Below, piece after piece: positions 61,940-64,000 of a stretch of 64,000 bases of DNA; position 1 is the first letter of the stretch, and every line of letters starts with the position of its first letter. Origin of the DNA: an uncultured delta proteobacterium (lineage in GTDB: Bacteria; Myxococcota_A; Polyangia; Polyangiales; B10-G4); NCBI GenBank assembly GCA_963727445.1, contig CAVSGI010000010.1, positions 480,001 through 544,000 on the forward strand, read 5' to 3'. The position numbers and the translations under genes are program-made. The notes below the pieces were generated by a model. That model was not told the DNA's origin. It worked only from the letters and a program-made list of their open reading frames with translations, and made no database searches.

Positions 61940-63463
61940 TCAGCCCGGCGGCGGGATCGTGTCTCCCGGCTCGAAGACAGGTTCCCACACCGCGTAGGCG
62001 CGTTTGCTCGCGAATGGCAACAGGGCGCGCGCGACGGAGCGCATGTTCGGGTAGCGGTCGGTGGGGTCGGTGGCCATGATCTGAAGGAGCACCGCCTCGA
62101 AGCCGTTGGGGAGGGTGACGTACTTGCTGGGGGGATCGAAGGCGGCGTCCGAGACCTGACGCAAGAGCGCCGCGCCTCGCGCGCCGAAAGGCCGGCGTCC
62201 CGTCACGCAGCGATAGATGATGGCGCCCAGCTGAAACTCGTCGGTGCGTTCGTCGACCGGGCTGCCGGTGCGGGCCTGCTCCGGCGCCCACCAGCCGGGC
62301 GTGCCCATGATCCCGTCGTCGGCGTCCTGGGTGAGCTCCTCGTCCGCCGCCGCATTCGTGAGCTTGGCGATGCCGAAGTCGAGCACCAGCGGGCGGAGAG
62401 AGCCGTCGTGGGAGCGGGCGAGAAAGACGTTGGCGGGCTTGAGGTCGCGGTGGACTGCGCCGCGCGAGTGCGCTTCGTAGAGCGCGCTGATGATCGGCAG
62501 GAAGATGTCGACCGTCCGTTCCACCGGCAGGGTTTCTCCTTCCGCCAGTGACTTGAGGTGCGTGTCCAGAGATTCGCCCGAGAGGTACTCCATCACGATG
62601 AAAGGGATCCGGGCCCGGGTGTCGAGGCTCGGTGTCCCGCGCACCTCCGTCGGCTCGTCGTCCGGTGCGGGCGCGGCCGAGGGTCGGTCGGGGCGGATCG
62701 CTTTCGTGAGCGCGGTCTGTGTGGGGTCGTCGCCGTCGGCGGCGGGGATGGCGTCCCCGGGGGACACCTGCGTGCGCGTATCCACGTCGAGCCAACCGGA
62801 ATCGATCAGCCGCACGATGTGCGGATGACGCAGCTCCGCGATCAAGCTCATCTCACGCCGGAAGCGCGCGAGCTCCACGTCTCCGCTCACGGCGCGATGC
62901 GCCTTCATGAGCTTGACCGCCACCTCCTGACCGGTGGAGACCTGCTTCGCCTTGTAGACCACGGCGAAGCCCCCGGCGCCGACGACCTCGAGCAGCTCGT
63001 AACGACCGTCGAGGATGGTCCCCAACGCCACCGCCCCATCGGCGGTGATGATCGGCCGCCGCCGCTTCACGGTCTCGAGCTCCCCGCGGAGCGCCAGCTG
63101 CGACTCGACCCGCGCGCCGGCGATGGGGAGGTCGATGGGCTTGGTCACGTAGTCGTTGGCGCCGAGCTCCAGCGCCTTCACCACGTCGAGGCTGTCTGCG
63201 CGGGCCGTCGCCATCAGCACCGGGAGCTCGAGCTTCGAGAAGCGCTTGCGCAGCTCCGCCAGCACTTCGAGGCCATCCATCCCGCGCATCACCACGTCGA
63301 GGAGCATCAGGTCGAAGCTCTCCTTTTCGAGGAGCTCGAGCGCTTCCTCTCCGCTGGCGAGGGCGACCACCTCGTGACCGGCCTTCTCCAGGAAGGCCGT
63401 GAGCGCCGCCCGTGTAGAGCGGCTGTCGTCGACCACGAGGAGCCGGGCTCGTTCCTTTTCCAT
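61940..63463 (-). CDS. Response-regulator receiver-Ser/Thr kinase fusion
   Basis: LLVVDD, LLDVVM, MATA, DYVTKP; then GAGGFAVVY, VAVK, HRDLKPAN, DFG, APE; no TM. Confidence 0.9.
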   Translation of the reverse strand: MEKERARLLVVDDSRSTRAALTAFLEKAGHEVVALASGEEALELLEKESFDLMLLDVVMRGMDGLEVLAELRKRFSKLELPVLMATARADSLDVVKALELGANDYVTKPIDLPIAGARVESQLALRGELETVKRRRPIITADGAVALGTILDGRYELLEVVGAGGFAVVYKAKQVSTGQEVAVKLMKAHRAVSGDVELARFRREMSLIAELRHPHIVRLIDSGWLDVDTRTQVSPGDAIPAADGDDPTQTALTKAIRPDRPSAAPAPDDEPTEVRGTPSLDTRARIPFIVMEYLSGESLDTHLKSLAEGETLPVERTVDIFLPIISALYEAHSRGAVHRDLKPANVFLARSHDGSLRPLVLDFGIAKLTNAAADEELTQDADDGIMGTPGWWAPEQARTGSPVDERTDEFQLGAIIYRCVTGRRPFGARGAALLRQVSDAAFDPPSKYVTLPNGFEAVLLQIMATDPTDRYPNMRSVARALLPFASKRAYAVWEPVFEPGDTIPPPG

Positions 63464-63546
63464 CCAGCGAAAATCGACAGTACCAGGGGTGACGAAGGTG
63501 GAAAACCCGCGGCCTCGCGACGACCGAGGTCGAGAGGAGGTCCGCG

Positions 63547-64000
63547 ATGCGCGCTTTCGTGCTGATGAGCCTGGTGCTGGGGGTCGCGGCCTGCGGCGGG
63601 ACACCCACGGCGGCGGTGGTGATGGGGGGTCGCGACGCGCCTCCGGCACAGGTCGGCGAGGGGGATCCCGCGCTCGCGCGCCAGCTCACGGGACACCTGC
63701 GCCGGGTCGAAGGCTGCTTCGATCTCCACCGGACGCGCGCCGCGCTGGTGGAGGTCTCTTTCACCATCGAGCCCGACGGGCACGTGGACGATGTCACGGC
63801 GAGCCGCGAGTCCGGCGAGGGCCGCGGTCTCGGCGAATGCATTCGAGGGCGCCTCAGTGGGCTCTACTTCGACCCGGCGCCGGGTCGCCCCATCGCGATG
63901 CACCACCGGTTCGCGCGCTGCGAGCACGCGGAGGGCGGGCTCTGCATGCTCGGCCCGGCCGAGCGCGTGGGGGCGGGGCCGGCGGCGCATCAGCGCGCCG
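63547..64000 (+). CDS. Lipoprotein with TonB-C-like (AgmX/PglI-type) domain (3' end outside the window)
   Basis: Not in the ORF track; GAGGAGG RBS; MRAFVLMSLVLGVAAC; VEGCF...VSFTIEPDGHV...ECI...L.F.P. Confidence 0.7.
   Translation, partial: MRAFVLMSLVLGVAACGGTPTAAVVMGGRDAPPAQVGEGDPALARQLTGHLRRVEGCFDLHRTRAALVEVSFTIEPDGHVDDVTASRESGEGRGLGECIRGRLSGLYFDPAPGRPIAMHHRFARCEHAEGGLCMLGPAERVGAGPAAHQRA

Overview
High-GC window whose gene content points to a myxobacterium (Myxococcota, probably Polyangiales/Sandaracinaceae-like; an inference from MYXO-CTERM-type tails, many Cys-rich lipoproteins, a DUF1592/DUF1552 pair and Ser/Thr kinases). About 50 genes. Housekeeping and repair genes (ligA, stand-alone LigD-type primase-polymerase, AlkA-like glycosylase, rnhB, glgX, msrA/msrB, 2-oxoacid dehydrogenase E1 alpha/beta) are interleaved with many exported lipoproteins of unknown function. 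Main points of interest: (1) an HUH/Y1 (RAYT-like) transposase bounded by GGGGACGCTAGATTGACAA inverted repeats, with the right repeat duplicated and the outer copy supplying the stop codons of both the transposase and ligA; (2) two adjacent multi-CxxCH lipoprotein genes (3+2 haem sites) behind a sigma-54-type promoter; (3) several exported peptidoglycan-hydrolase-like proteins (CHAP, M15-like, serine hydrolase-NamZ fusion); (4) a lipoprotein with a caspase/gingipain-like His-Cys pair; (5) a receiver-Ser/Thr kinase fusion. About 13 frameshifts, nearly all single-base insertions and 9 of them in one sulfatase gene, look like long-read consensus errors. I saw no tRNA, rRNA or CRISPR-Cas locus. 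All family assignments come from motif recognition by eye, not database searches.
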